From: an uncultured Candidatus Saccharibacteria bacterium
GTDB taxonomy: Bacteria > Patescibacteriota > Minisyncoccia > 2-02-FULL-40-12 > GWA2-44-9
DNA: 64,000 bases
Direction of reading: 5' to 3'
NCBI GenBank assembly: GCA_964513645.1
Contig: CAZENF010000001.1
Location: 7,303-71,302, forward strand
Shown here: positions 8,970-19,067 of the stretch, in pieces
Layout of the letters: each line of letters starts with the position of its first letter
How positions within the stretch are numbered: the first letter of the stretch is position 1
The notes under the pieces: model-generated
Databases searched by the model: none
The model's input: only the letters and a program-made list of their open reading frames with translations
What the model was told of the DNA's origin: nothing
Position numbers and translations under genes: made by a program

Positions 8970-9040
8970 CGGGATGGAGTATGACGGTAGTACGTCTGCT
9001 TTGGGAGCAGATAGACCGAGTTCGACTCTCGGCATCCCGA
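8970..9040 (+). tRNA. tRNA-Pro(TGG)
   Basis: Acceptor cgggatg/catcccg, anticodon arm tctgc-tttggga-gcaga, T arm ccgag-ttcgact-ctcgg. Confidence 0.92.
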
Positions 9041-9964
9041 CTAAAATATCCAGCCCTGGAGATAGATGTGAGTTGTGGGAACAGCTATGGCGAGAACGAA
9101 TAAGACAACATTGAACGCCATTTTGTAAGCCATATTTCTGTTTCGTTCATAGAAAAAGAAAGCAAACAATGAGACCATAGCGATACCGAAAGCATACCAG
9201 GCAAAAATATTGTTAACTAATCTGGAAAGGTCATTTGCTTTTGCTTCTTCTTGTAATTTGAATGTCTGGGGTGCTTCAACCGGAGCGATACTTCTATCGC
9301 TTGAAACGTCTTGGGCTATTGCTATAGTCGCGCCTTTGGTTTGAGGAACAGTTGTCGGAAATGGTTTGGGAGCCGGGGTAGGTTTTAGAGATATTGCCAG
9401 AACAGAAGGTTTGCCCGCTGCGCCATAGCTTAAGTGAGGCGAGCCGAACATTTGAACGACCAAGACACCTTCTTTACCGTCGATACTAACGCCTTTTACG
9501 GCAACCCCGATATCTTGGTAACTTGCATTGAGAAGGTTTGCTTTGTGAGAAGGGGAATTGAGCCAGGCCTGAACCGTGTCTTGGGCGGTTGTAAATCCGA
9601 TGGCTAAATTTTCACCGGCGGTGGAATATTTATATTGACTATCCTGTATCCAATGCCAAGGATTAATACCGGACGGACTGACATGAGCAAAATATTCGTT
9701 CTTGGCCATATCTTCAAGTTTTTCTTCAGCGGCCAGGTCGAGTTTGGGGTCAGTGTTAAGCGGTGGCAAACCGGCTATGCCGCGGGCCTGATTGGTGATA
9801 GTTATGACATCTCTTGAGTTAAATGCCGGCAAAGACTCGAGCAGTGTTGCCGATTGAAAAAGAGAATGGGGGAGGATGAGTTTAACGACTAAAAGCAGCA
9901 TTAAATTCCAGAAAATTATCCGGCCACCGAGAGGATGAAGATGTCTTTTTAAGAAGTCCATCAT
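9041..9964 (-). CDS. CAP (SCP-like) domain membrane protein
   Basis: TNQAR...L..AA..K..DM...YFAH, AGENLA, WLNSPSHKANLL; terminal TM segments. Confidence 0.88.
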   Translation of the reverse strand: MMDFLKRHLHPLGGRIIFWNLMLLLVVKLILPHSLFQSATLLESLPAFNSRDVITITNQARGIAGLPPLNTDPKLDLAAEEKLEDMAKNEYFAHVSPSGINPWHWIQDSQYKYSTAGENLAIGFTTAQDTVQAWLNSPSHKANLLNASYQDIGVAVKGVSIDGKEGVLVVQMFGSPHLSYGAAGKPSVLAISLKPTPAPKPFPTTVPQTKGATIAIAQDVSSDRSIAPVEAPQTFKLQEEAKANDLSRLVNNIFAWYAFGIAMVSLFAFFFYERNRNMAYKMAFNVVLFVLAIAVPTTHIYLQGWIF

Positions 9965-10048
9965 TTAACTGATTATACCATATTTTTGGTGTATTTACTA
10001 TAGTCGAAAAGTAGTGTAAAATAAGTAGGGTTTAACAATCCGAATAAT

Positions 10049-10120
10049 GGGGACTATGGTGAAATGGTATCACAGCGCTCTGTGGAAGCGCGGTCGCGGG
10101 GTCGGAACCCGCTAGTCCCC
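10049..10120 (+). tRNA. tRNA-His(GTG) with encoded G-1
   Basis: g-gggacta/tagtccc-c acceptor, gcgct-ctgtgga-agcgc anticodon arm, atypical T loop gtcggaa. Confidence 0.88.
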
Positions 10121-10206
10121 CTGCTTTAGTTTTTTTGTGGATATCTATTTCGTGCTCATTGCATGTCTTTTAGCTATAATTATTAAAGTTATAAAAAACT
10201 ATAATT

Positions 10207-12948
10207 ATGGCTAAAAAACTAAATTTAGTATTGTTTTTGTTCGTCAGTCTTTTTGTGTTCGTGCTCATCGCTAAAGCTCAAACGACCGATACGACTGCTC
10301 CGGTTCTGACAAATTATAGAGCCGAGAACGTAAATACCGGGAGCGTGCTTATAAAATGGGACACCGACGATCCGTCGGATTCACAACTTTCATACGGCAC
10401 AAGCACCGCGAATTTAAGTACTTTTTTGGGAGCTCAAAACAGGTGTGATACAGACCAACCCGGTTTTCCGTATGTAATACATCATTGCATCTACATTAAC
10501 GGATTAAATCCATCGACAAACTATTACTACAAAGCCCAATCAACTAATTCCGCCAGTCTTTGGGGATATGTCATATATTATTTCTCAACAACAAGTACCG
10601 GCGGTTCTCCACCTCCGCCCTCTCCAAGCGTTACTCCTTTGCCAACACCGACTTATTATCCGAGCCCGACATATCATCCGACGGTTACGCCTTTGCCGAC
10701 CACGACACATACTCCGACCCCGTATCCTACTTATCCGCCACCACCGTCAGTAACGCCGTCTACCAACCTTACTCCGACTCCGAGGCCGTCTTATACTCCT
10801 TATCCGTCGACCTATCCAACCTATACTCCTGTTCCCACAGAAAAACCTACATTTACTCCCTTACCTTCACCGGTTATAACACTTGTCCTGACATTTACAC
10901 CTACTCCCACACCAATACCTTTACCGATAGTTAAGACCATTACCGGTACGATAACTTTTTCGAACGGAAATCCAGTTACAGATGCGAACGTAGGCGCTTA
11001 CTCAAAGGATACCGGCCAATGGATAAGTACTTCGACGGATTCCAAAGGAAATTACACTTTAAATATCAGCGGTGGAGCGTGGGTGTTGGGAGTGTCTCCC
11101 AAGAATTCATCTATGGCCTGGAAGTCTCCAACGCCGTATCCTGAAGTTAATTTTGAAAAAAACAGCACACCGGAATCCGCAACTCAGAATGTTACCATTC
11201 CAGCTCTCGACTCGCACTTAAGTGTTACTACGGTTGATAATCAGGGCAACCCTATTCCCAGCGCCGGTATTGTTGCCGACGTAAATAGCGCCGCCACAGC
11301 CGGAACGCCTACAACTAATTCGGTCGGCGCAAACTTTACTCAAACCGACAGCCAAGGCCATGCGACAATGACGCTTAAAAGCGGGACATATTATGTCAGG
11401 GCTTTTTTGCCGGAGACGGCCGGATATATAAAACCTGTCGAGCAAAGCGTCAGTATCGGTTCGGGAGAAACCAAGGAAGTTAAACTTATCTTTATAAAGG
11501 CAAATACAGTTACTCCTCTCCTGGTTAAAGGAAAAACATCTCTGGATGACGGTAGGCCTATAGATGCTTTTGTCTGGGCCTGGTCTGAAAAAGGCCGGAC
11601 AATTAGCGGCAATGCCGATTTGAACGGCGAGTTCTCTCTTCAAATTTCGCCTAATGACAATTGGCACCTTGGCGCCGGCAAATTAGTTGATGGTTTCCCT
11701 TATAAATCTTCAGAGATAGTTCTGTCTGTTACCGACCAAACCGTTTCTGCTGATCTTGTTTTAAGCCGTTTACCAGATGAGACCGTCCTGTCCTCGTCCG
11801 CCAATACAGTTTCAGTGACACAAGACAGCGTTACGCAAACAGATTCGGGTGCGAAAGTTGTTCTGCCCGCCAATTCTGTTTCTGCTTCAGGTAACGTTAC
11901 GGTCCAGGTTAATCCAACCGTTGAAGTTCCGTCACAGCCGTCGGCCAGAGTCTTTGGAGCGGCTTATGATGTTAAAGTCAAAGACACATTGGGCAATAGT
12001 TTAAAACAATTTACCAAAGACGTTCAGGTTGAATTGCCTTATGACCCCGACCAATTGAAAAAACAGAATTTAAGCGAAGATAGCATTAGTCCGAGTTATT
12101 TTGACGATGCTACCGGGACTTGGGTTAAAATAAGCAATTATACGATCGATAAAACAAGAAAGGTTATAATTGCCAGGGTTAATCATTTAACTCTTTTTGC
12201 GGTTGTTTTGGCTGCTGACATTGTTCCGCCGGTTCCGCCTTCAGGAGTTAAGGCTTCCGCTTCGGGACAAGGTCAGATATCTCTTACTTGGGTTAATCCG
12301 GGCAGTGATTTTGACCATGCGACCATTTATCGTTCGGAAAATCCGGGTAGTCTCGGTAAGTTAGAGGGTTCGGTTAGCGGTTCTTCTTTCATTGACGATG
12401 CCGGACTTAAGGACGGGGTGACCTACTACTATGTCATCCGGGCAGTTGATCCGGCAAGCAATGAAACATCCAATACGACCTCTACCGCTATCAGGGCCTC
12501 GGGTAATTCTTCAAAGACGAGCAATTCAGGCGGTCTTAAGGACGGTGACATGATAAGTGCGGCCGGTTCGAATGACCCCGATGTCTATATAATTAACAGC
12601 TTCGGTTACAAGAGATTATTCCTTAACCCTGTTATCTTCGGATTCTACGGCCATTTAGGCGGATTTAATAACGTAAAAAAGATTGATTCATCTTCCCGTG
12701 ATTCTTACGTAACTTCAGGTCTCTTCAGAAATTGCGAGACAAATGACCCGAAAGTTTACGGAGTTGAGACCACAGGTGAAGATACCGGCACTCTCCATTG
12801 GATAAATATTTCCGGCGACGAAGCTGTGGCCGAAGATTCGAATTTCTTCAAAAAGGTTTTCTGTATCAATAACAATGAATTTAATTGGTACAGCAAAGGC
12901 GCGACGTATACATCTCTCGGCCAAGTCCCCAATTATTCAAGAAAATAA
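10207..12948 (+). CDS. Large secreted/surface protein (FN3-like, Pro/Thr linker, beta-sandwich repeats, conserved C-terminal domain)
   Basis: Signal peptide, FN3-like motifs (GLNPSTNYYY, TYYYVIRAVD), PTPTP linker; C-terminal ~130 aa shared with 14743-16509. Confidence 0.8.
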   Translation: MAKKLNLVLFLFVSLFVFVLIAKAQTTDTTAPVLTNYRAENVNTGSVLIKWDTDDPSDSQLSYGTSTANLSTFLGAQNRCDTDQPGFPYVIHHCIYINGLNPSTNYYYKAQSTNSASLWGYVIYYFSTTSTGGSPPPPSPSVTPLPTPTYYPSPTYHPTVTPLPTTTHTPTPYPTYPPPPSVTPSTNLTPTPRPSYTPYPSTYPTYTPVPTEKPTFTPLPSPVITLVLTFTPTPTPIPLPIVKTITGTITFSNGNPVTDANVGAYSKDTGQWISTSTDSKGNYTLNISGGAWVLGVSPKNSSMAWKSPTPYPEVNFEKNSTPESATQNVTIPALDSHLSVTTVDNQGNPIPSAGIVADVNSAATAGTPTTNSVGANFTQTDSQGHATMTLKSGTYYVRAFLPETAGYIKPVEQSVSIGSGETKEVKLIFIKANTVTPLLVKGKTSLDDGRPIDAFVWAWSEKGRTISGNADLNGEFSLQISPNDNWHLGAGKLVDGFPYKSSEIVLSVTDQTVSADLVLSRLPDETVLSSSANTVSVTQDSVTQTDSGAKVVLPANSVSASGNVTVQVNPTVEVPSQPSARVFGAAYDVKVKDTLGNSLKQFTKDVQVELPYDPDQLKKQNLSEDSISPSYFDDATGTWVKISNYTIDKTRKVIIARVNHLTLFAVVLAADIVPPVPPSGVKASASGQGQISLTWVNPGSDFDHATIYRSENPGSLGKLEGSVSGSSFIDDAGLKDGVTYYYVIRAVDPASNETSNTTSTAIRASGNSSKTSNSGGLKDGDMISAAGSNDPDVYIINSFGYKRLFLNPVIFGFYGHLGGFNNVKKIDSSSRDSYVTSGLFRNCETNDPKVYGVETTGEDTGTLHWINISGDEAVAEDSNFFKKVFCINNNEFNWYSKGATYTSLGQVPNYSRK

Positions 12949-14736
12949 ATGCCTCCAAAAGGCGGAAAATTGAGAAACAAGATCCTTAGGATGATGTTTT
13001 TGGTCGGCTTTGTGCCGATAATTGTTCTCGGCTTGTTGTCTTTTTACAGTATCAAAACTTTCCACGCTTCAGATGTGGCCAGTATTGAAAATAATTTTAT
13101 TGGTCAAAAAACTGAAGAGATCGAGGCATTTATTGATAGCATAATCAGCACTTTTAAAATAAAAGTCTCTTTAGTTAAAGTCGGTTCATTTAATGACGTA
13201 AATAAGATAGAAATTAACAGCCAATTATCTTTATTGAAACAACTGGTGGATACTTATCCCGATATCCAGGAATTATCTTTTATAGACATTAAAAATGGTT
13301 TTGAAACTTCTAAAATAAATAAAAGTTCACCCAATGGTGTAGCCCCAACAAAATTGCAAGACCAGTCTAATTCAGAAAAATTTACTACAGCTAAGACCGG
13401 CCAAGTTTACATCAGTCCCGCATATTTAACAGCTGCCGGACCGGCGATAACCGTTGCTGGCCCGGTTTATAATAGCGACAACAATGTAATAATTTCTGTC
13501 GTGGCTGGTGAAGTAAATCTTGGTAACCTCCAAAAAATAGTTGAAAGAAGCCAATTAGGAACATCGGGGTATTTATATATAGTTGCAAGAGATGGCTATC
13601 TTCTGGCCCATAGCCAATTAGATAAGCTTGGAACTTCCGGCTTAAGTAATATATATTTTGTAAGAAATGTTTTAAACAAGAACAAAGATGGGCAGACAAA
13701 TAACCGTTATCAAAGTATTTGGGGTGAACAAGTTGTGGCAGCTGGAAATTATATGGACAACCTTCAGATGGGCATTATTGCTGAATGGCCGGTCAAAGAA
13801 GCAGACCTTGTTATAAATATTTTGAATAATCAGTTCTTGATCGTCTCAATATTAGTTTTGGCAGGAACGATATTTTTCAGTTTTATTCTGGCCGGAAGGA
13901 TAGTTAAACCTATTAAAACCCTCGAAACCGGAACTGTCTATATCGCCGAAGGGAAATTCGACCTGCCCATAAATATCAAGACAGGGGATGAAATAGAAGA
14001 ACTCGGAAATGCTTTTAACGGGATGATAGCAGGTTTAAAACGGCTTGAAGAATTGAAAAATGAATTTGTTTTCATTGCCGCTCACGACTTAAGAACTCCT
14101 GTTACGGCGATAAAAGGGTATTTATCTCTGGTCCTCGAAGGTAATTACGGTCTGATAGAACCTGAAGTTAAAGATGTTCTGGTAAAAATCACCGAGGTGA
14201 ACCAAAGACTAATCCAGCTGGTCAATGACCTTCTTCAGGTGGCGAGGGCCGAAGCCGGTAGAATACCGATCAAAGTTTCTTCAATGGATGCGATTAAACC
14301 TATTGAAGAGGTTTTGACCGAACTTAAACCTCTGGCCGACGAGAAGGGTATAAAATTAACATATGATCTGTCGGTAAAACCACTGCCGGTTTTGGCCGAT
14401 CACGAAAGATTCAAAGAATTAATGGTCAACCTTGTCGGAAATGCGATTAAATATACAATTGGTTCAGGCACCGTAACTATCAGTCATGATATTCAGAACA
14501 AAAACCTGATAACTAAAATAAAAGATACCGGCATGGGTATCAGCCCGGAAGATCAGAAAAGATTATTTGAAAAATTCTACAGAATAGAAAATGATAAGAC
14601 CAGAAATATTCAAGGTACCGGTCTTGGTTTGTTCATCGTAAAAGAGATAATTGAAAAAATGAACGGCAGAATATGGGTTGAATCGGAAGAAGGGAAAGGT
14701 TCGATATTCAGTTTTTCTCTGCCTTTGGCCGGGTAA
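12949..14736 (+). CDS. Sensor histidine kinase (Cache-HAMP-HisKA-HATPase)
   Basis: Two TM segments, DEIEELGNAFN HAMP, AHDLRTP H-box, NLVGNAIKY, DTGMGI, GTGLGL. Confidence 0.93.
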   Translation: MPPKGGKLRNKILRMMFLVGFVPIIVLGLLSFYSIKTFHASDVASIENNFIGQKTEEIEAFIDSIISTFKIKVSLVKVGSFNDVNKIEINSQLSLLKQLVDTYPDIQELSFIDIKNGFETSKINKSSPNGVAPTKLQDQSNSEKFTTAKTGQVYISPAYLTAAGPAITVAGPVYNSDNNVIISVVAGEVNLGNLQKIVERSQLGTSGYLYIVARDGYLLAHSQLDKLGTSGLSNIYFVRNVLNKNKDGQTNNRYQSIWGEQVVAAGNYMDNLQMGIIAEWPVKEADLVINILNNQFLIVSILVLAGTIFFSFILAGRIVKPIKTLETGTVYIAEGKFDLPINIKTGDEIEELGNAFNGMIAGLKRLEELKNEFVFIAAHDLRTPVTAIKGYLSLVLEGNYGLIEPEVKDVLVKITEVNQRLIQLVNDLLQVARAEAGRIPIKVSSMDAIKPIEEVLTELKPLADEKGIKLTYDLSVKPLPVLADHERFKELMVNLVGNAIKYTIGSGTVTISHDIQNKNLITKIKDTGMGISPEDQKRLFEKFYRIENDKTRNIQGTGLGLFIVKEIIEKMNGRIWVESEEGKGSIFSFSLPLAG

Positions 14737-14742
14737 ACAAAT

Positions 14743-16509
14743 ATGAAAAAATTCTCATTCCTTATTTTAGGCATTTTTGCGGTCGGTCTCGGTTTTTGGG
14801 CTTCTCAAATTTCCTGGTTCCATTTAAAAGCCCAGATATCTGACACCAGAATTCCTTATCCTCCATACGGCCTTCAGTCTTCGGCGGCTTACTATAATCA
14901 GATAACGGTCGGCTGGACAAGCGACCCGACGAATGATGCTCTCGGTATCAGTGTTACCGGATTTAAAATTTCACGGCGCAATGCTTACAGCGGGAATTGG
15001 ACAATTCTCGGAATGGTTAATGCCGGAAGTTATACTGACCTCAATGTTACACCGGGAAATTATGACTATACCGTCAATGCGTGTAACACGAACGGTTGTT
15101 CAAATAATGCTAATTTTACAACTCTCAACCTTATTCAGGATACTCAAGCTCCTTCAGCGCCGGCGAGTATAAACCTACCTCAGAAGGAAGTGACAAGCTC
15201 GAACATTAATATATATTGGGCGGCAGGAACGGATAATATCGGTGTTAAGTATTACAATATCTACCGGAGCATTGCCGGAACAAGTTTTAAACTTCTGGCC
15301 AGCGTTTCTTCGCAATTAAGTTACGGTGATACCGCCGTGGCACCGCTTACGGATTATTTTTATTATGTTAAATCAGTTGATTATGCAAAAAATGAATCTC
15401 CGGCCTCTGATACCGTCAACGGAATAACTTTGTCTTTAAATAATAACAGTGAATATATAAGAGTTACTTCCCCTAACGGAGGCGAGTGTTATTATCTGCC
15501 GGGATTTATACATATCACCTGGACTGGAAGTAATGTAAATCAGGCGGCGGTATATTTCGGTTCGGATACTCCGATATATCTTGGACCGGCGACCTCGTAT
15601 GACTATACTCTGACCGATTCGGTTTCAGTTACCAACAACGGTTATGTTAAGGTCGTGGCAATAGATAATAACGGCAATCCAGGCCAATCTGATACAAATG
15701 ACCAGCCGTTCACGATCGCTTATGATTGTAAAAAAATATCTGCTTCTCCAAGTCCGGCTTCAAATTCAGGAACAGTTCCGGCGGTGCCGACTTTTTTCCG
15801 CTCATTCCTTTTGTCCGAATCAAGCAATGTAAAGTTAAGCTGGGTGGACAATTCTATGAATGAAACCGAATTCAGGATCTATAGACGCTCGTTGCCTAAC
15901 GGAGCATGGGGCTTTTTGGATAAAACGACAACGAATGTAACTTCGTATACAGATATAAATGTCGCGCCTGGCAGCTATGAATATGATGTTGATGCCTGTA
16001 ACAGTTCAGGCTGCTCTGTATACTCGAACCAAAGCCAGATAACAGCCATTTCTTCTTTGCCTACCGCCGGAACAGGCAAGATCTATACACCGGCTGACCT
16101 TAAAGACGGGGACATGGTCAGTGCCACTAATTTCGGTGACCCGGATATTTTTATTATCAACAATTCAGGTTATAAGAGGTTATTTTTAAACCAAGTAATA
16201 TTTAATTTCTACGGGCAGCTAGGAGGATTCAGAAATGTTAAGAGTGTAGCTCTCGAAACCAGAGATTTATATAAAACCTCGGGCCTATTCCGAAATTGCG
16301 AAACAAACGACCCGAAAGTTTACGGAATAGAAATTACGGGAGAAGATACCGGGACTTTGCACTGGATCAATACCACCGGCGATAAGGCTGTTTCCGACGA
16401 TCCTGATTTTTTCAAAAAAATATTTTGTATAAATAATAACGAATTTAATTGGTATAAGAAGGGCAGTGACTACACCTCGGTCGGTCAGATACCTTCGTAT
16501 AACCGCTAA
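14743..16509 (+). CDS. Secreted FN3-repeat protein with conserved C-terminal domain
   Basis: Repeated W...Y.I.R...Y.D....G.Y.Y.V.A FN3 patterns; shared C-terminal domain. Confidence 0.8.
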   Translation: MKKFSFLILGIFAVGLGFWASQISWFHLKAQISDTRIPYPPYGLQSSAAYYNQITVGWTSDPTNDALGISVTGFKISRRNAYSGNWTILGMVNAGSYTDLNVTPGNYDYTVNACNTNGCSNNANFTTLNLIQDTQAPSAPASINLPQKEVTSSNINIYWAAGTDNIGVKYYNIYRSIAGTSFKLLASVSSQLSYGDTAVAPLTDYFYYVKSVDYAKNESPASDTVNGITLSLNNNSEYIRVTSPNGGECYYLPGFIHITWTGSNVNQAAVYFGSDTPIYLGPATSYDYTLTDSVSVTNNGYVKVVAIDNNGNPGQSDTNDQPFTIAYDCKKISASPSPASNSGTVPAVPTFFRSFLLSESSNVKLSWVDNSMNETEFRIYRRSLPNGAWGFLDKTTTNVTSYTDINVAPGSYEYDVDACNSSGCSVYSNQSQITAISSLPTAGTGKIYTPADLKDGDMVSATNFGDPDIFIINNSGYKRLFLNQVIFNFYGQLGGFRNVKSVALETRDLYKTSGLFRNCETNDPKVYGIEITGEDTGTLHWINTTGDKAVSDDPDFFKKIFCINNNEFNWYKKGSDYTSVGQIPSYNR

Positions 16510-16544
16510 ATTTACCTAATAAAAATATCCCCGGAAGGGGATAT

Positions 16545-17573
16545 TTAGATTAAATGCATTATATCAGATGGCGGGGGTTTGCGGCGACCGAAACGGGTTT
16601 TCCAGGCGTTAATCCTTAATTTCAGCTCTTCTTCTCCGCTGAAACGATAATGCGTATTACATAGATCGAAGGTTTCATTTAGGTCCGGAAGGAACAGGTC
16701 GTCATCCGGGTGAAGAGAATATAGAACATCTTTTTCAAGTAATTTCCTTATCTTTAAAGATTCTAAATCAGGTATGACACCGGTTGAAAGATTTGATCCG
16801 GGACAGGCTCCAACTCCAATTCCGTTCTTTACAACATAGTCAATCAGTTTCTCATCATATGCCAGGGTGGTAGCGTGTTCCAAACGGTCCGCCCTAAGAA
16901 GGTAAGCCGCTGTTCTTAGGTTTTTCAGCAATAACGGCATGTCTTTATAAAAATCTCTTTCATCTGAAACCCATTCGCTGGCATGGCAGGATGTTTTTCT
17001 TTTTGCATCTCTGGCAATAATGAACGCCGGGCGGTGTTTTTCAGGTGGATGTTTGGCTTCATCGCAAACTAAGCTTATACCTGGAACATAATCCGGGTCG
17101 CATTCAACGGCAATACGCGCAAGCCCGATCCCTTCTTCTGGGCTGACTTCCCGGCCGATGGCAAAAAGAAGGTTAACTTCTATTTGAGGGTAATTTTCTT
17201 CGCCTCGTTTTATACCTCTGATAAGGGCTTCGATGACCTGCTTTTCAGTTAATCCTTTGCTGGTCAGATATTGCGGAGCAATTGTTGCTTCACAGTATTT
17301 AAAACCCTGACGAGCTCTTATTTCGGTATAATTTTTAGCGGCAATATAGAGAGTATCGATATCCTGTAGAACTCCGGTTGTGATCGAGAATTTTTGAACT
17401 ATATCCGTATGAACGTCTGAAAACAATTTTTTTATCTGATCCCGATGATCTTGCCAAGGGTTGAAGGGATACATTTTACGACCCTCGTGTGTAAGCCGAA
17501 ATAGTTGAGGTAGTATACTTAAAAGAGGAAAAGATCCGTCTAAATGATCGTGTAGAAGGATATCTATCTTCAT
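16545..17573 (-). CDS. Adenosine/AMP deaminase family protein
   Basis: HDHLDGS, CHASE (HAGE-like), RLEHA, CPGSN, HPDDD metal and catalytic motifs. Confidence 0.88.
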   Translation of the reverse strand: MKIDILLHDHLDGSFPLLSILPQLFRLTHEGRKMYPFNPWQDHRDQIKKLFSDVHTDIVQKFSITTGVLQDIDTLYIAAKNYTEIRARQGFKYCEATIAPQYLTSKGLTEKQVIEALIRGIKRGEENYPQIEVNLLFAIGREVSPEEGIGLARIAVECDPDYVPGISLVCDEAKHPPEKHRPAFIIARDAKRKTSCHASEWVSDERDFYKDMPLLLKNLRTAAYLLRADRLEHATTLAYDEKLIDYVVKNGIGVGACPGSNLSTGVIPDLESLKIRKLLEKDVLYSLHPDDDLFLPDLNETFDLCNTHYRFSGEEELKLRINAWKTRFGRRKPPPSDIMHLI

Positions 17574-18131
17574 TTACACTTCTCTTAATTTTTCTCTTAT
17601 TTCGGTTAGGAGTTTATCAAAAACCTGGTCAGGATTCAATCCTGTAGTATCGAGAATTATATCGAAAGGAGCAGGATCTAAGTAGTCGATAATACCGTAA
17701 AGTGAAAAAAGACGGCTCTTTTCTTCCATCATTCTTTTCGATGAAAGCTGGATCATCTCTTTGAAGGTTTTGTTTTTATTTTCTGGTCTTAAAAGCTGGC
17801 GGCAAGTCCCTTCAACCATTGAAACAGTAAGGAGAATATTTATTTTCTTAAATTTCGGGTTATAAGGAAGAAGAGGTGCCATACGTCCCTGAACGATCAA
17901 ATTATCTTTGGTCATCATCAGTTCCGTCTGCCGTTTATCTATTTCTTTTTCAAGTTCAGGTTCGGCAACTATTTTTTTATAAAACTCCTCGACGCTTAAT
18001 CCGCGTTCTTTGGCTATTTTCCGGAACACATCACCGGTATAGTAATTCTCATAATTAAGAGCTTTCGCTAATTTTTCGGCCACGGTCGTTTTGCCCGAAC
18101 CTGGAGGTCCGCTGACCCTGATCACTGCCAT
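17574..18131 (-). CDS. Archaeal-type cytidylate kinase-like NMP kinase
   Basis: GPPGSGKTT P-loop, TGDVFRKIAKERGLS, EIDKRQ, QGRMA, DIILDTT. Confidence 0.85.
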   Translation of the reverse strand: MAVIRVSGPPGSGKTTVAEKLAKALNYENYYTGDVFRKIAKERGLSVEEFYKKIVAEPELEKEIDKRQTELMMTKDNLIVQGRMAPLLPYNPKFKKINILLTVSMVEGTCRQLLRPENKNKTFKEMIQLSSKRMMEEKSRLFSLYGIIDYLDPAPFDIILDTTGLNPDQVFDKLLTEIREKLREV

Positions 18132-18348
18132 GTTGTTATTCTTTAGTTTTTATGGAACTTATGTCTAATTTATTCTCAATATCCAAAATTTTAAATATTG
18201 ACAAATATAACTTTATAATGATAATTTCATGAACAAGAACAGGTGTCCGTTTCTGCATTCTGCAGATCCTGCGACTGGTTCTTTAATATCCGACCAAGAA
18301 GTGTCCCGTTAGTGGATTGCTTGGAAGTCCTCGTCAAGAGGTCTTCCG

Positions 18349-18981
18349 GTGTCTTCAGTTGAATATCCTTTAAAACATATTCGTCTTGAACAGTTATATA
18401 AAGCAGGATTTAATATCGCTGATTTTATATGTTTTGCCCCAAATACTCTGCGCGGACGTAAAAATGAATTGAAAAAATTCTTCAAAAAACACAGACGAAT
18501 ATCATGCCGAAATTTTCATTCGGATGAACGGGCACACTTTAAGTGTCCGGTAAGATATGACCAGAACGACTTTGATACGATCTTAGAATTCTGTTTGTCG
18601 AATAATGAAGGCCAGAACGAAGAGAAGGCTGCTTTTTATACTCTCTGTAATGAAGCGATAAAACTGGAGGATTCAACATGTGCCGGGAATGTGCTCATTC
18701 AAGACAAAAACTCTTTCATTGCAGAATTTTTTTATGGCAAAGGAACCCCGAGGGATATAGACCTAAAACCTTTCAATGAAATTAAATCTTACCGCAAATC
18801 AGGTTATTTACCGGCCGAAGGCGATAAGCCGTCCGATGACGTACTTAGATTCATTAAAACCGCCAAGGATTTTAAGGCATTTGCTGATAAACCTTATCTT
18901 CTTGAATTTTCGGTCTATCCTTATCCGATAGGAAAAAGACAAACCAACGTCATCTGTTGGGAATGGCGCTGGGGAGCTTAA
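18349..18981 (+). CDS. Uncharacterised protein, PPDK/PEP-synthase ATP-grasp-like (paralog A)
   Basis: PLKHIRL..L..AG.N, RISCR, AGN, G.GTPRD, EFSVYPYP, WEWR shared with 19068-19910. Confidence 0.7.
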   Translation: MSSVEYPLKHIRLEQLYKAGFNIADFICFAPNTLRGRKNELKKFFKKHRRISCRNFHSDERAHFKCPVRYDQNDFDTILEFCLSNNEGQNEEKAAFYTLCNEAIKLEDSTCAGNVLIQDKNSFIAEFFYGKGTPRDIDLKPFNEIKSYRKSGYLPAEGDKPSDDVLRFIKTAKDFKAFADKPYLLEFSVYPYPIGKRQTNVICWEWRWGA

Positions 18982-19067
18982 ATATTATGCCCGCATTCGT
19001 GCGGGCTTTATATTGACAAATATCGAAAATTATAGTAAAAAATACCAGCATCTTTACATGGTTTTTT

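Noticed and set aside
10600-10930. Repetitive DNA in the large surface protein gene
   Set aside because: Explained by a Pro/Thr/Tyr-rich protein linker, not a DNA-level repeat array.
16545-18131. RADAR or Kongming defence system as such
   Set aside because: No RdrA-type large ATPase, HAM1-like or SIR2 gene nearby; the P-loop protein is a small NMP kinase.
18310-18312. Genome-wide stop-codon reassignment
   Set aside because: TAG ends rny, hup, frr and serS, and TGA ends rseP, mrdA and efp, at the expected positions.
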